A stretch of 64,000 bases of DNA from Chloroflexota bacterium (GTDB lineage Bacteria; Chloroflexota; UBA11872): assembly GCA_026707285.1 (NCBI GenBank), contig JAPOXD010000045.1, positions 29,384 through 93,383 of the forward strand. Direction: 5' to 3'. How positions within the stretch are numbered: the stretch's first letter is position 1; the number at the start of each line of letters is the position of its first letter. Positions 26,264 through 34,969 of this stretch are shown here, in pieces. A program made the translations under genes and the position numbers. The notes below the pieces were generated by a model. It was not told the DNA's origin. It saw only the letters and a program-made list of their open reading frames with translations, and did not search any database.

Positions 26264-29104
26264 CTACGGGAGTACCCGCCCGAGCACGCCGCCAAAGACC
26301 GCATACGAGACTTCGGCAGCCTCGGAGACCTTAAATTGAATCACTGGAATGAGCGCTGCCTGGCGCCAGGAGTTTGGCTGCCATTCGTGTCGCAGACGCA
26401 GCGCCAACGTGTAGCTGCCCGGTGCAAGCTCCGCCGCCGACGTTGCCAGCGGCACGAATGCGCCAGCGTCGTTGCGCACGGACAATTCGGGCGCCCGCGC
26501 GTCGAATCGGTACGTGTGCGAGGACGTGGCCGACCCCGACGAGATCAGCCCGCCAAACCACCGCGCCACCTCCGGTCCGCGGCGGTCGTCAAGAAACCGG
26601 GCGGGAATCGCCCAGGGTTCATCATTGACCGGAATCACGACCCAGTCCTGCCCGGTCCAACGTTCCGGCGCGTGCTCGGTAAACGTCGCCATGAATTTCA
26701 GGCGCCCGTGTTCAAGCCGTGCATCCGTCACTCGAACCGTCACCGGCGGTGCCTCGAGTGCTGGCCCGGGCGGCGTGATCGACGCGAATCCCCCGTTGGG
26801 CGCATAGATGGCGACCTGACCGTTCTGCCACACGGGCTGCCGACTGGAGGCCGGAAACATCCGCGTCCACTGCCCGATTGACGGCGGCAGGACGACCAAG
26901 TCCGGCGCCTGCTCGCCCGGCGCATCCACCGTCCACGGCGCGGGTGTTCGCAAGTGCAGCCGGAGCTCGTCGACGGTGCCCAGCAGCCGGGCGTGACTCA
27001 GCACTGATGCGACGCGAAGTCTCTCCATCGGATCCGCTCGCGATGACAGATGCACGACGGTCGACGGCGGCACCGCACGCAGCGCCTCGTAGGACTGTGG
27101 ATGCGGCACGACGTCAAGCTGGAGGAAGGCGGATCGGATGCGGTACACGGTTTCGGCGCCATCGCGCACCAGCAGCTCGAACAACCGGGGGTCCGCCAGC
27201 CACTCCTGGGCCCGTGCGGGAAGCCCGGCTGCCCAGGCATCCGTCGCGTGGACATATTCGAGGCCCAACCGGCGGATGGCCGCCGGCTCAAGATAGTGGA
27301 CGGCGTCCAGGTATTCCGGTCCAATTTGGTAGAACTGATGGACGAGGTTGGCGAAGCCCGCGTTGTTCGGGCGGCCGGTGCCGAGGAATACGTTCCAATA
27401 TTGCCATTCGGTGGCGAGCACGCGCGCATCCACAGCGGTGTGGTCCCGGAGATAGTCGGCCACGGGTCCCGTCACGGCCCGCAGCTGAAACCGGCGCATG
27501 GGCACGTCCACGCCCTCGTCTCGCAGCTCCGTTTGCACCCACCGGGCATTGGCCAGCTGAAGGCCATTGCCGATTGCCAGGCCCAGACTGCGCGCGGGCG
27601 TCACGACCGTGGGCCAGGTGATCAGCGCGACCAGCACCGCAGCGGCGGCGTAGCGCCAGCGTCCGACTGGGAGGCTGGAAAGGCGCGAACTCATCGCGAG
27701 CACCAGCGCCACGAGCGAAAGGTTGCGGGCATGTCCCGCGATGCGGTAGGTATCCCAAGGCGCTGGCTGATAGGTGAGCGCGAGCGAAAGCAGCACCAGC
27801 AATCCGGCGCACGCCGCCAGCGTCACCACCAGCCGGTCGCGCCGCGCCAACACCACCGCCGCGCCACCAAGCGCCACCGGCCCCAAGCCCAGCCGGCCCA
27901 GGCCGCCGGGACGCACGTCGAACGAGCCCAGCGCCTGCCAGTGCACCGACTCAATGCCCTGCGCCAGCGTCAGGCCCAACTGTGGCGATCCGTCCAAGAC
28001 TCCCGTGAAGGCGCCGCCGCCGCCGAGAACCAGCAGTCCACCCAGGATCGGACCGGCGCCCAGTCGGAGTGCCGCCGGCGCCGGCGGCTCGGTCCGGCGA
28101 GCTCGCAGGAAGTGCATCGCGGCCAGTCCGGCCCAAGCGATCAGGACCACCGGAACGAGGGAGGTCGAGAGGACACCCAGGAAGCCGACCAATCCCGCGA
28201 GCGTCAGCGTCTCTCCCCAGGACCAGCGTTCATGACGTTCCGCGAAGCTCAGCACCACGAAAGCCAGGGCGTGTCCCAGCGGGAATCCGGGTTTCCAAAT
28301 GTCTGGCAGCACTTGTGAAAGCGTCGCGCCCGCGGACACATCGACGTGCGGCCAATAGACGTCGGTCAATGAGGCCCGAAGGCCGGCCTCAGGCAGTCCA
28401 GCTGGCAGGGGCAGCAGTAAAACCTCTCCGACGACGCTGCTGAAGGTCCAGAGTCCGCTGCTCAGCATGAGCGGGGCCGTGACGAGCACGCTGAATACCG
28501 ACGCCCGCTGGAGCAGCGCGGTGGCTACCACCAAAACATAGGCCGTCCAGGCGTAGGCCCCGAGCAGCTCGAAGGCGAACGGCAAGTCCGGGCGGCCAGT
28601 CGGCGGCGCCAGCAAACCCACGAGGAGAGGGGTGCCGTGGTGATAGCGGATGAGCGTGCCCGCGTTCCACGGTAACTCCGGGGGAAAGCCGCCGGCACGA
28701 ATGAAGGCCGCCAGCCCAAGATTGATGGACGTGTCGGGAAACGAAATCAACTGACGGCTAGCCAGCGCGACCCCGAAGAGGGCCAGGACCGCGACGACGA
28801 AACCGGCCGCCACTCGCGGTCGCGGGCCAATGGGATAAGGCGCGCGCCACGTCAGCACCGCGCCCAGGGCCAGCATGACGACCCAGCCGACGATGGCCCC
28901 TGCCAGACCTGGCACCAGGTGCAGCACGAAGTTGACCACCAGGCCCCAGAGCGCGAGCCCCACCACCAGTCCTTGGGCCAAGGCCATCCGCTCATCCGCT
29001 TGGCGCAGCACCACCCGCGCCACGACATAGCCGACCGCGGCGAGCGCCACGAACTCGGCGAAAATCAAGAGCAGGCCCGGAAGAGCCGCCGGATCAACAG
29101 TCAC
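26264..29104 (-). CDS. array paralog P9 (946 aa, mosaic copy; first gene of the array in transcription order)
   Basis: ORF 26264..29104, GTG start ((M)TVDPAALPG...) with GGAGGA 8-9 nt upstream. The central segment is identical to P2. The C-terminal domain begins A-type (P4-like) and ends B-type (P5/P6-like). Confidence 0.85.
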   Translation of the reverse strand: MTVDPAALPGLLLIFAEFVALAAVGYVVARVVLRQADERMALAQGLVVGLALWGLVVNFVLHLVPGLAGAIVGWVVMLALGAVLTWRAPYPIGPRPRVAAGFVVAVLALFGVALASRQLISFPDTSINLGLAAFIRAGGFPPELPWNAGTLIRYHHGTPLLVGLLAPPTGRPDLPFAFELLGAYAWTAYVLVVATALLQRASVFSVLVTAPLMLSSGLWTFSSVVGEVLLLPLPAGLPEAGLRASLTDVYWPHVDVSAGATLSQVLPDIWKPGFPLGHALAFVVLSFAERHERWSWGETLTLAGLVGFLGVLSTSLVPVVLIAWAGLAAMHFLRARRTEPPAPAALRLGAGPILGGLLVLGGGGAFTGVLDGSPQLGLTLAQGIESVHWQALGSFDVRPGGLGRLGLGPVALGGAAVVLARRDRLVVTLAACAGLLVLLSLALTYQPAPWDTYRIAGHARNLSLVALVLAMSSRLSSLPVGRWRYAAAAVLVALITWPTVVTPARSLGLAIGNGLQLANARWVQTELRDEGVDVPMRRFQLRAVTGPVADYLRDHTAVDARVLATEWQYWNVFLGTGRPNNAGFANLVHQFYQIGPEYLDAVHYLEPAAIRRLGLEYVHATDAWAAGLPARAQEWLADPRLFELLVRDGAETVYRIRSAFLQLDVVPHPQSYEALRAVPPSTVVHLSSRADPMERLRVASVLSHARLLGTVDELRLHLRTPAPWTVDAPGEQAPDLVVLPPSIGQWTRMFPASSRQPVWQNGQVAIYAPNGGFASITPPGPALEAPPVTVRVTDARLEHGRLKFMATFTEHAPERWTGQDWVVIPVNDEPWAIPARFLDDRRGPEVARWFGGLISSGSATSSHTYRFDARAPELSVRNDAGAFVPLATSAAELAPGSYTLALRLRHEWQPNSWRQAALIPVIQFKVSEAAEVSYAVFGGVLGRVLP

Positions 29105-29148
29105 TCAGGCATCCTCCGCCAGACCGACAGCGACCGGCGCCGCAAGGC

Positions 29149-30405
29149 TCAACCGATGAGGCCCAGCGTTCGGTCCGTCACGTCCTGGTAGGCGCTGACG
29201 CGGCCGCTGCGCACGTCGTCGAGCGTGACGATGGCGCCGACCTGGCTCGATTCGTGCACGGCGAGCACCAGCGCCACGGCGGCTTCACCGGCGTCGAGGT
29301 CGACCTCGACGGGCTTCCCGGAATCGATGGCTTCGGCCAGTTCGCCAATCTCGAGGGCAATCAGCTTGCGGTCGGCCTGGGGAAACTGAAAGTCATAGCG
29401 CGCCATGCGGTCGCCGCCGAAAAGGTCCGTCGTCAGCCGGTCCAACCTAAAGTCGGGCGCCAGGGCGAGCACCTCGGCGTCGTCGAGCGGCTCCGCGCCG
29501 CCCCGCCAGACTTTCAGCGGTCGGCCGCTGCGCACGCCGTACGTTTCGAGCCGGCCCTCCGAACCCAGCACCGCGCTCAGGCTCTCGCCGCCATCCGGGG
29601 CCGAGAGCTCCAGTCCCCAGGTGCCGGCGGCGCCCGAGGCGAACCCCAGCATGGCCTGCAGCGAGTCGGGCGCGGTGGCCTCGAAGGTGTCCGGCAGGTC
29701 CCCGCGGAATCGCGCGTACATGCCGCTGGGCGCTTCGTGGATGCGGCCGGTGGTGCGCACCGGCTCCAGCAGCCGCGTGATGCCGGCCACCCGATCCACG
29801 GGACCCATGAGGTACTGAATCATGTCGGCGTAGTGCACGCCCACGTCCATCAGCGGGCCGCCGTCCTCGCGGAAATGCCGCCAAGGGGTGATGAGCATGC
29901 CGTCGCTGCCGCCGGCCCGCAGCTCGACGATGGAGCGCGGCTCGCCGATGGCGCCCGCGTCAATCAGCGCTCGCGCGAGCCTGAGGATGGGATCGCGGCG
30001 GTAGTTTTCCGCCACCGAGACGAGGCGCCCCGAGCGCGAGGCCGCCGCGCGAATCCGGGCGCAGCCTCGCATGGTGACCGCCAGCGGCTTTTCGACGAGC
30101 ACGTGCAGCCCGGCGTCCAGCGCCTCGACGGCCGCGACGTGATGCGCGCCCGCGGTCGTGACGATGTCCGCCGCCGCGAGCTCGGGCCGCCGGGCCTTGG
30201 CCTCCGCGATGCTGGTGCAGGCGGCGGCGCGGTTCCCCAGGAGTTCTTCAACCTCTCCGGCCACGAATTCCGCCCGCTCGCGGTCCACGTCCACCACCGC
30301 GGCCATCTCCACGAGGCCCGGACGCACGCGCGCCAGCTCGACAAAGCCCCGCAGGTGGCGCCGACCCATGCCGCCGCACCCGACCAACGCGAATTCGTGC
30401 CCCAT
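29149..30405 (-). CDS. Gfo/Idh/MocA family oxidoreductase
   Basis: 418-aa ORF. N-terminal Rossmann motif (FALVGCGGMGRRH) and EKP motif (VLVEKPLA), typical of the family. It ends 44 nt upstream of the P9 start on the same strand. Confidence 0.8.
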   Translation of the reverse strand: MGHEFALVGCGGMGRRHLRGFVELARVRPGLVEMAAVVDVDRERAEFVAGEVEELLGNRAAACTSIAEAKARRPELAAADIVTTAGAHHVAAVEALDAGLHVLVEKPLAVTMRGCARIRAAASRSGRLVSVAENYRRDPILRLARALIDAGAIGEPRSIVELRAGGSDGMLITPWRHFREDGGPLMDVGVHYADMIQYLMGPVDRVAGITRLLEPVRTTGRIHEAPSGMYARFRGDLPDTFEATAPDSLQAMLGFASGAAGTWGLELSAPDGGESLSAVLGSEGRLETYGVRSGRPLKVWRGGAEPLDDAEVLALAPDFRLDRLTTDLFGGDRMARYDFQFPQADRKLIALEIGELAEAIDSGKPVEVDLDAGEAAVALVLAVHESSQVGAIVTLDDVRSGRVSAYQDVTDRTLGLIG

Positions 30406-30447
30406 GCCAACCCCCCGTGCTGACCCTCGGCCGATAATACGTAGGAC

Positions 30448-32037
30448 TCAGGTGACGGCGCGAAGTCGCAGCAGGCGGCCGGCGTCGTCGGTTATGTACA
30501 GCTCTCCCGCCTCATCCTCGCCAAACGAGGTGATGCGGGCGTCCACCTCACCCTGCAGCGCCATCTGCCATGCGCCCGCCGCGTCGCGCCGCAGCGTCCA
30601 CACGTTGCCGCTGCAGTAGTCGCCAAAGACGTACGCGCCCGCGAGCGCCGGGTGCGCCGAGCCGCGGTAGACGTAGCCGCCGGTGACCGAGCATCCGGCG
30701 TCCCGGCCATAGACTGCAATCGGATCGGTGAAGCGCAGCGAGTTGCACTGAGGACTGCCCTCGACGAAGCAACTGAAGCCCTCCATGAGCTTCCAGCCGT
30801 AGTTCTCCCCACCGGGCGACGAGGCCGGGGCGAAGTCGATCTCTTCGTAAAGGTTCTGGCCCACGTCGGCGATGTAGAGGTCGCCGGTCGCGCGATCGAA
30901 GGAGAAGCGCCAGGGATTGCGCAGGCCGTAGGCCCAGATCTCACCGCGCGCGTCGGCAACGCCCACGAACGGATTGTCGGACGGCACGCGGTAGACGCCG
31001 GGCTCGCTCACGTCCAGCCGCAGCAACGTCCCCAGCCAGGTATCGAGCCGTTGGCCGTGATTTTGCGGATCGCCCGCCGCGCCGCCGTCGCCCAGCGCCA
31101 CGTACAGCATCCCGTCCGGCCCGAACGCCAGCATCCCGCCGTTGTGGTTGGCGAACGGCTGCGCCTGCGTGAGCAGCACTCGCCCCGACTCGGGATCGGC
31201 CCGTTCGGGATCGGCCGAGACTCGGTACTCGGCGACCACCGTGGCGCCCCCTAGTTGCGTGTAGAAGACGAAGAAGCGGCCGTTGGCGGCGTAGTCCGGG
31301 TGAAACGCCGAACCCAGCAGCCCGCGCTCGTTGGCCCGGGAGCTGACGATGCCGGTGATGTCCAGGAACGGGTCCGGCGCGAGTTGCCCGTTGGCGACGA
31401 TGCGTATGCGGCCTTCCTTCTCAATCACGAACAGGCGACCCGACCCGTCGCCGGCGTGTCCGGCATAGACGGGACGAACGAGGCCGCCGACGACGACATC
31501 GGCCGTGAGGCCGCGGAGCGGAGGTGGTGCTGGGGTCGGCGTCGGCGAAGGCGTGGGCGTCGGGGACGGCGTGGGCGTGGGAGCCGGCGCTGCTGTGGGA
31601 GCCGGCGTCGGCGCGGGAGATGGGGTCGGTGTCGGCTCGGGTACCGGCGTTGGCGTGGGAGATGCCGACGGCGGGGTTGCCGGGGTGGGCGTGACGGCTG
31701 TGGTTGCCGTTGGGGAAGGCGCGGTCGCGGCGGTCGCCTGAGGCGCCGGGGTCGGCGTGGGAGAAGCCGTCGGCGAGGGCGTCGGATCGGTTACGGGCGG
31801 CCGTGTCGGCGTTGGGCTTGGCTCGGGCGTGGCGGTTGGCGCGGGCGGCGGCGACGGTTCGGGCCGCGCTGTCGGGCGTGGGATCACCGCCGCCACGGTC
31901 TCCGCGGCGACCGGAGCGATCACCGGCGCGGGCGTGGGGGACTCGGGGCCGACCACCGGCTCGCCGCCGGCGTCGCACGTGGCGCCGGCCATGAGGGCAA
32001 GCAGGATTGCGGCCAGCGCCAACCGGGCACGAATCAT
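30448..32037 (-). CDS. PQQ-dependent sugar dehydrogenase (soluble glucose/sorbosone dehydrogenase-like beta-propeller), probable lipoprotein with long Pro/Thr-rich linker
   Basis: ORF 30448..32337. Start moved to ATG 32037 (MIRARLALAAILLALMAGATCDAGG: signal peptide with a Cys, lipobox-like). The ~140-aa P/T/S/A-rich linker runs from aa ~31 to 173. The catalytic part has family-typical motifs (ERGLLG.AFHPDY, HNGG.LAFGPDG.LY...GDGG, LG..LR.D, YGLRNPWRFSFD). Confidence 0.75.
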   Translation of the reverse strand: MIRARLALAAILLALMAGATCDAGGEPVVGPESPTPAPVIAPVAAETVAAVIPRPTARPEPSPPPAPTATPEPSPTPTRPPVTDPTPSPTASPTPTPAPQATAATAPSPTATTAVTPTPATPPSASPTPTPVPEPTPTPSPAPTPAPTAAPAPTPTPSPTPTPSPTPTPAPPPLRGLTADVVVGGLVRPVYAGHAGDGSGRLFVIEKEGRIRIVANGQLAPDPFLDITGIVSSRANERGLLGSAFHPDYAANGRFFVFYTQLGGATVVAEYRVSADPERADPESGRVLLTQAQPFANHNGGMLAFGPDGMLYVALGDGGAAGDPQNHGQRLDTWLGTLLRLDVSEPGVYRVPSDNPFVGVADARGEIWAYGLRNPWRFSFDRATGDLYIADVGQNLYEEIDFAPASSPGGENYGWKLMEGFSCFVEGSPQCNSLRFTDPIAVYGRDAGCSVTGGYVYRGSAHPALAGAYVFGDYCSGNVWTLRRDAAGAWQMALQGEVDARITSFGEDEAGELYITDDAGRLLRLRAVT

Positions 32038-32143
32038 GCGGCGGCGCCTCCGGAAAACTGAACGAAGCGCGGGGTCACGAGTGAGAGAATATCCGCCGTG
32101 AGCCGGAGCCACGACGGCCGGCGACCCAATCTGGCGGAAGCAC

Positions 32144-32911
32144 ATGGGAAGACTCGAAGGAAAGGCCGCGCTGGTCACGGGAGGCGGCACCGGCATCGGG
32201 CGCGCCATTGCCCTGCGCTTCGCGGCAGAGGGCGCGCGCGTCGTCATCGCCCAGCGCAACGCCGAGGCCCTTGACGCGACGGTCGCCGACATCGAGGCGG
32301 ACGGCGGCTGGGCCAAAGCGGTGCCAACCGACATCACCCAGACCGACCAGGTGCTCGCGCTGGTCGATCAGGCGATCGAGGCGACCGGTCGGCTGGACAT
32401 TCTGGTCAACAACGCCGGACGCACGGGTCGCGCCGGAGCGTTTCTCGATGTCGAGCTCGACGTCTGGCGCGACTTCATCGAAACCAATCTCACCGGCCCG
32501 TTCGTCATCGCGCAGGCGGTGGCGCGGCACATGGTCGACGCTCGGACTCCGGGCCGCATCATCAACACCGGCTCGGTGGACTCGTTCGCCTCCGAGATGC
32601 AGGCCTCGCCCTACGCCGCCAGCAAGGGCGGCCTGCTGATGCTCACGCGCAGCATGGCCATCGAGCTGGGCGCGCACGGCATTGCAGTCAACCTGCTGGC
32701 GCCGGGTCCGATCCTGGTCGACAAGAACGCGCCGCGCTATCAAGACCCCGCGCTCGTGGCCAAGCGCACCGAGGCCATTCCCCTAGGCCCCTTCGGACGG
32801 GTCGAGGACGTGGCCGCCGCGGCGCTATTCCTCGCCAGCGACGAGTGTCAATACGTGACCGGCAGCGCCATCACCATCGACGGCGGCACCCTCGCCAAGG
32901 CGCACTTCTAA
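32144..32911 (+). CDS. SDR family oxidoreductase
   Basis: 255-aa ORF with TGGGTGIG cofactor motif, NNAG, and catalytic YAASKGG. Confidence 0.85.
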   Translation: MGRLEGKAALVTGGGTGIGRAIALRFAAEGARVVIAQRNAEALDATVADIEADGGWAKAVPTDITQTDQVLALVDQAIEATGRLDILVNNAGRTGRAGAFLDVELDVWRDFIETNLTGPFVIAQAVARHMVDARTPGRIINTGSVDSFASEMQASPYAASKGGLLMLTRSMAIELGAHGIAVNLLAPGPILVDKNAPRYQDPALVAKRTEAIPLGPFGRVEDVAAAALFLASDECQYVTGSAITIDGGTLAKAHF

Positions 32912-34383
32912 AGAGCGACCTCATCCAGCGGCCAGATCGGCCGCCGCAGCCGCGTGTAGCGGTGCTCCCGCGGGTCGAACCGGTGCTGCGCCGGGAACGC
33001 CACCCGATGCACGCTGCCGGCGATGGGCTCGTAGGCGCCGCGGAAGTGGTTGGCCGACTTGACGCCGATCCACGACAGGCGCTCGGGCTCGAAGCCGAGC
33101 ATGCGCGGCCCCTCCAGGTCGAACACCTGCATGCGAAGCGTCGTCACCGCCACGTGGACGCCGCCGATGCGCAGCAGCACCGAGGGACCGAAGTCCTGCA
33201 CCATGCCCGTATACATCGGACCCGAGATCGAAAAGCGAAGGTCCAACAACCGCTCCACCACTGCGGTGGCGCGCACGGGCGGCCCCTGGTCCGGGGCCGA
33301 CTTGCCGCCGATGTCCACGGTGATCTCCGCGCCCTCGCCGGCCTGCTGCGCGATGCCCACCACCTCCGGGTCGCACAGCGTGACGATGAGGGCGTTGGTT
33401 AGGCCCGCGTCCAGAAATGCCCGCAACATGCCCACCGAGTCGCCCGGCGCGCCGCCGCCCGGGTTGTCCTGCGGGTCGCCGAACACGGCCGGCCACCGGT
33501 TTACGGCGCGCGCCGTCCGCAGCGCCTCGTCCCAGGAGTCGAGATCGGGCAGAAACAGCTCGCGCTGAGCGTAGATCCAGCCGCCGAGCGCATCGGCCTC
33601 CCGCCGCGCGAGCGCCGCGTCGCGATCGGCGACCACGATTACGGACGCCCCGGCGTCGTGGATGTCGGCCCATGGGAAGCCGGGCGCCACCGACGCGGTG
33701 AGGATTCCGGGTTGCGCCTCGAGCGCGTGGGCGCGGGCGATGATCGAGTCGAAGGGCTCGCGCCCGGTGAACTGGCCGCCGGTCCACAGCATCGGCAGCT
33801 GCCGCCAGGCCATCACGGGCGACAGCTCACCGCGCAGCGTGCCGACGATCATCTCCGAGGCTTCGAGACCCCGCTCCAGGAAGTCGGTGTGGGGGTAGTT
33901 GTCGCAGGGAATAAGCGCAGTGGCGGCGTCGCACATGCGCTGGGTGATGTTGCCGTGCAGGTCCAGCGTCGAGATCACCGGCGGGCCGTCGCCGATCACC
34001 TCGCGGATGCCGCTGAGCAGGTCGCCCTCGCCGTCCTCGACGTCCTCGATCACCATCGCGCCGTGCAGGTCCAGCAGCACGCCGTCCACCGGACCCAGGC
34101 TGGCCAGGCGCTCCAGGAATTCGCCCTTCAGGCGTCGCCAGGCATCCGATTCGACCGGCGCCGACGGCTCGGCAAAGGTCCACAGCACGGGCGCCAGCTC
34201 GAAGTCGAACTCCTCGGCGCCCGCGATGAATCCGCCGGCGCCCGAGTTGACGCCGTGATGCACGTCGATGATCTCGTCGCCCCGCAACAACCCGCGTCCG
34301 GTCTCCGAAAACGCCTCATACGGCGTCGCGACGGGCGTGAACGAGCTGGACTCGTGCGCAATGGCGCCAATGGCGATCCGCAT
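32908..34383 (-). CDS. M81 family metallopeptidase (MlrC-like, DUF1485 N-terminus)
   Basis: ORF 32908..34443. Start moved to ATG 34383 (MRIAIGAIAHESSSFTP...), the characteristic N-terminus of MlrC-like proteins. Length is ~491 aa. Confidence 0.7.
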   Translation of the reverse strand: MRIAIGAIAHESSSFTPVATPYEAFSETGRGLLRGDEIIDVHHGVNSGAGGFIAGAEEFDFELAPVLWTFAEPSAPVESDAWRRLKGEFLERLASLGPVDGVLLDLHGAMVIEDVEDGEGDLLSGIREVIGDGPPVISTLDLHGNITQRMCDAATALIPCDNYPHTDFLERGLEASEMIVGTLRGELSPVMAWRQLPMLWTGGQFTGREPFDSIIARAHALEAQPGILTASVAPGFPWADIHDAGASVIVVADRDAALARREADALGGWIYAQRELFLPDLDSWDEALRTARAVNRWPAVFGDPQDNPGGGAPGDSVGMLRAFLDAGLTNALIVTLCDPEVVGIAQQAGEGAEITVDIGGKSAPDQGPPVRATAVVERLLDLRFSISGPMYTGMVQDFGPSVLLRIGGVHVAVTTLRMQVFDLEGPRMLGFEPERLSWIGVKSANHFRGAYEPIAGSVHRVAFPAQHRFDPREHRYTRLRRPIWPLDEVAL

Positions 34384-34549
34384 GGCCGAAGTCCCGCGCA
34401 AGCGTGCCACCGAACCGTGGCACGCCCCCACGCCCACCGTCAACGGGCGCGTGCCTGGTACTTGCGGCGTGTTGCGCCGCTACCGACCGGCTGCTGTTGG
34501 CGGGTCACCCGAGAGGAAATTGGTTCGACGTCATCTTCGGTCAGCGCGG

Positions 34550-34969
34550 TTATGGGTACTCCCACGGATTGACGACGTCGATGTCCATTCCCTCGAAGTC
34601 CCGGACATTGCGGGTGGCGATGGCCAGGTCGTGCGCCTTGGCCGTTCCGGCGATGAGCGCGTCACCGACGTCGACGGCCCGCCCCGCGTGTCGCGCCTGC
34701 GCGCGGAGCTCGGCTGCCCACCGGGCCCCGGATTGATCCAGGGAAAGCAACCGGTCGCCAAAGGCGGCGAGGATTTCCGAGTGCAAGGCGCGCAACGTTT
34801 CCAGACGCCGGCCCTGGGGACGTGTCGCTAGGCCATATTCCATCTCGAACACGACGACGGACGGCAGCCATAGGTCGTCTTGGTCGTCGAGAAACCGAAT
34901 CACCCGCGAATCGGGTTCGTCTCTGGTCAATTCGGAAACGACGTTGGTGTCCAGGAGAAAACCCGTCAA
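34550..34969 (-). CDS. vapC: type II toxin, PIN-domain ribonuclease (VapC/FitB-like)
   Basis: 139-aa ORF with LLDTNVVSE N-terminus. Conserved acidic positions are present (D in LLDTN, E in FEMEYG, D in GDALIAGTA, D in NVRDF). It overlaps the upstream antitoxin gene by 4 nt. Confidence 0.8.
   Translation of the reverse strand: MTGFLLDTNVVSELTRDEPDSRVIRFLDDQDDLWLPSVVVFEMEYGLATRPQGRRLETLRALHSEILAAFGDRLLSLDQSGARWAAELRAQARHAGRAVDVGDALIAGTAKAHDLAIATRNVRDFEGMDIDVVNPWEYP

Noticed and set aside
2785-29104. The periodic ~3-kb repeat structure as a CRISPR array, a diversity-generating retroelement, or an invertase-driven shufflon.
   Set aside because: There are no short direct repeats with unique spacers. 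No reverse transcriptase, template repeat, invertase or recombinase gene lies in or next to the array, and I noticed no inverted-repeat cassette boundaries. The repeats are full-length protein-coding paralogs.
31505-32061. Plus-strand ORFs with GVGVG / RRGRRGR repeats (31505..31741, 31255..32061, 31757..32101).
   Set aside because: They are antisense or frame-shifted readings of the Pro/Thr linker DNA of the PQQ dehydrogenase gene. They are pure low-complexity artefacts.
32038-32337. The 100-codon N-terminal extension of ORF 30448..32337.
   Set aside because: It overlaps the start of the divergent SDR gene region and is not protein-like. A canonical signal/lipobox-like peptide starts at ATG 32037.
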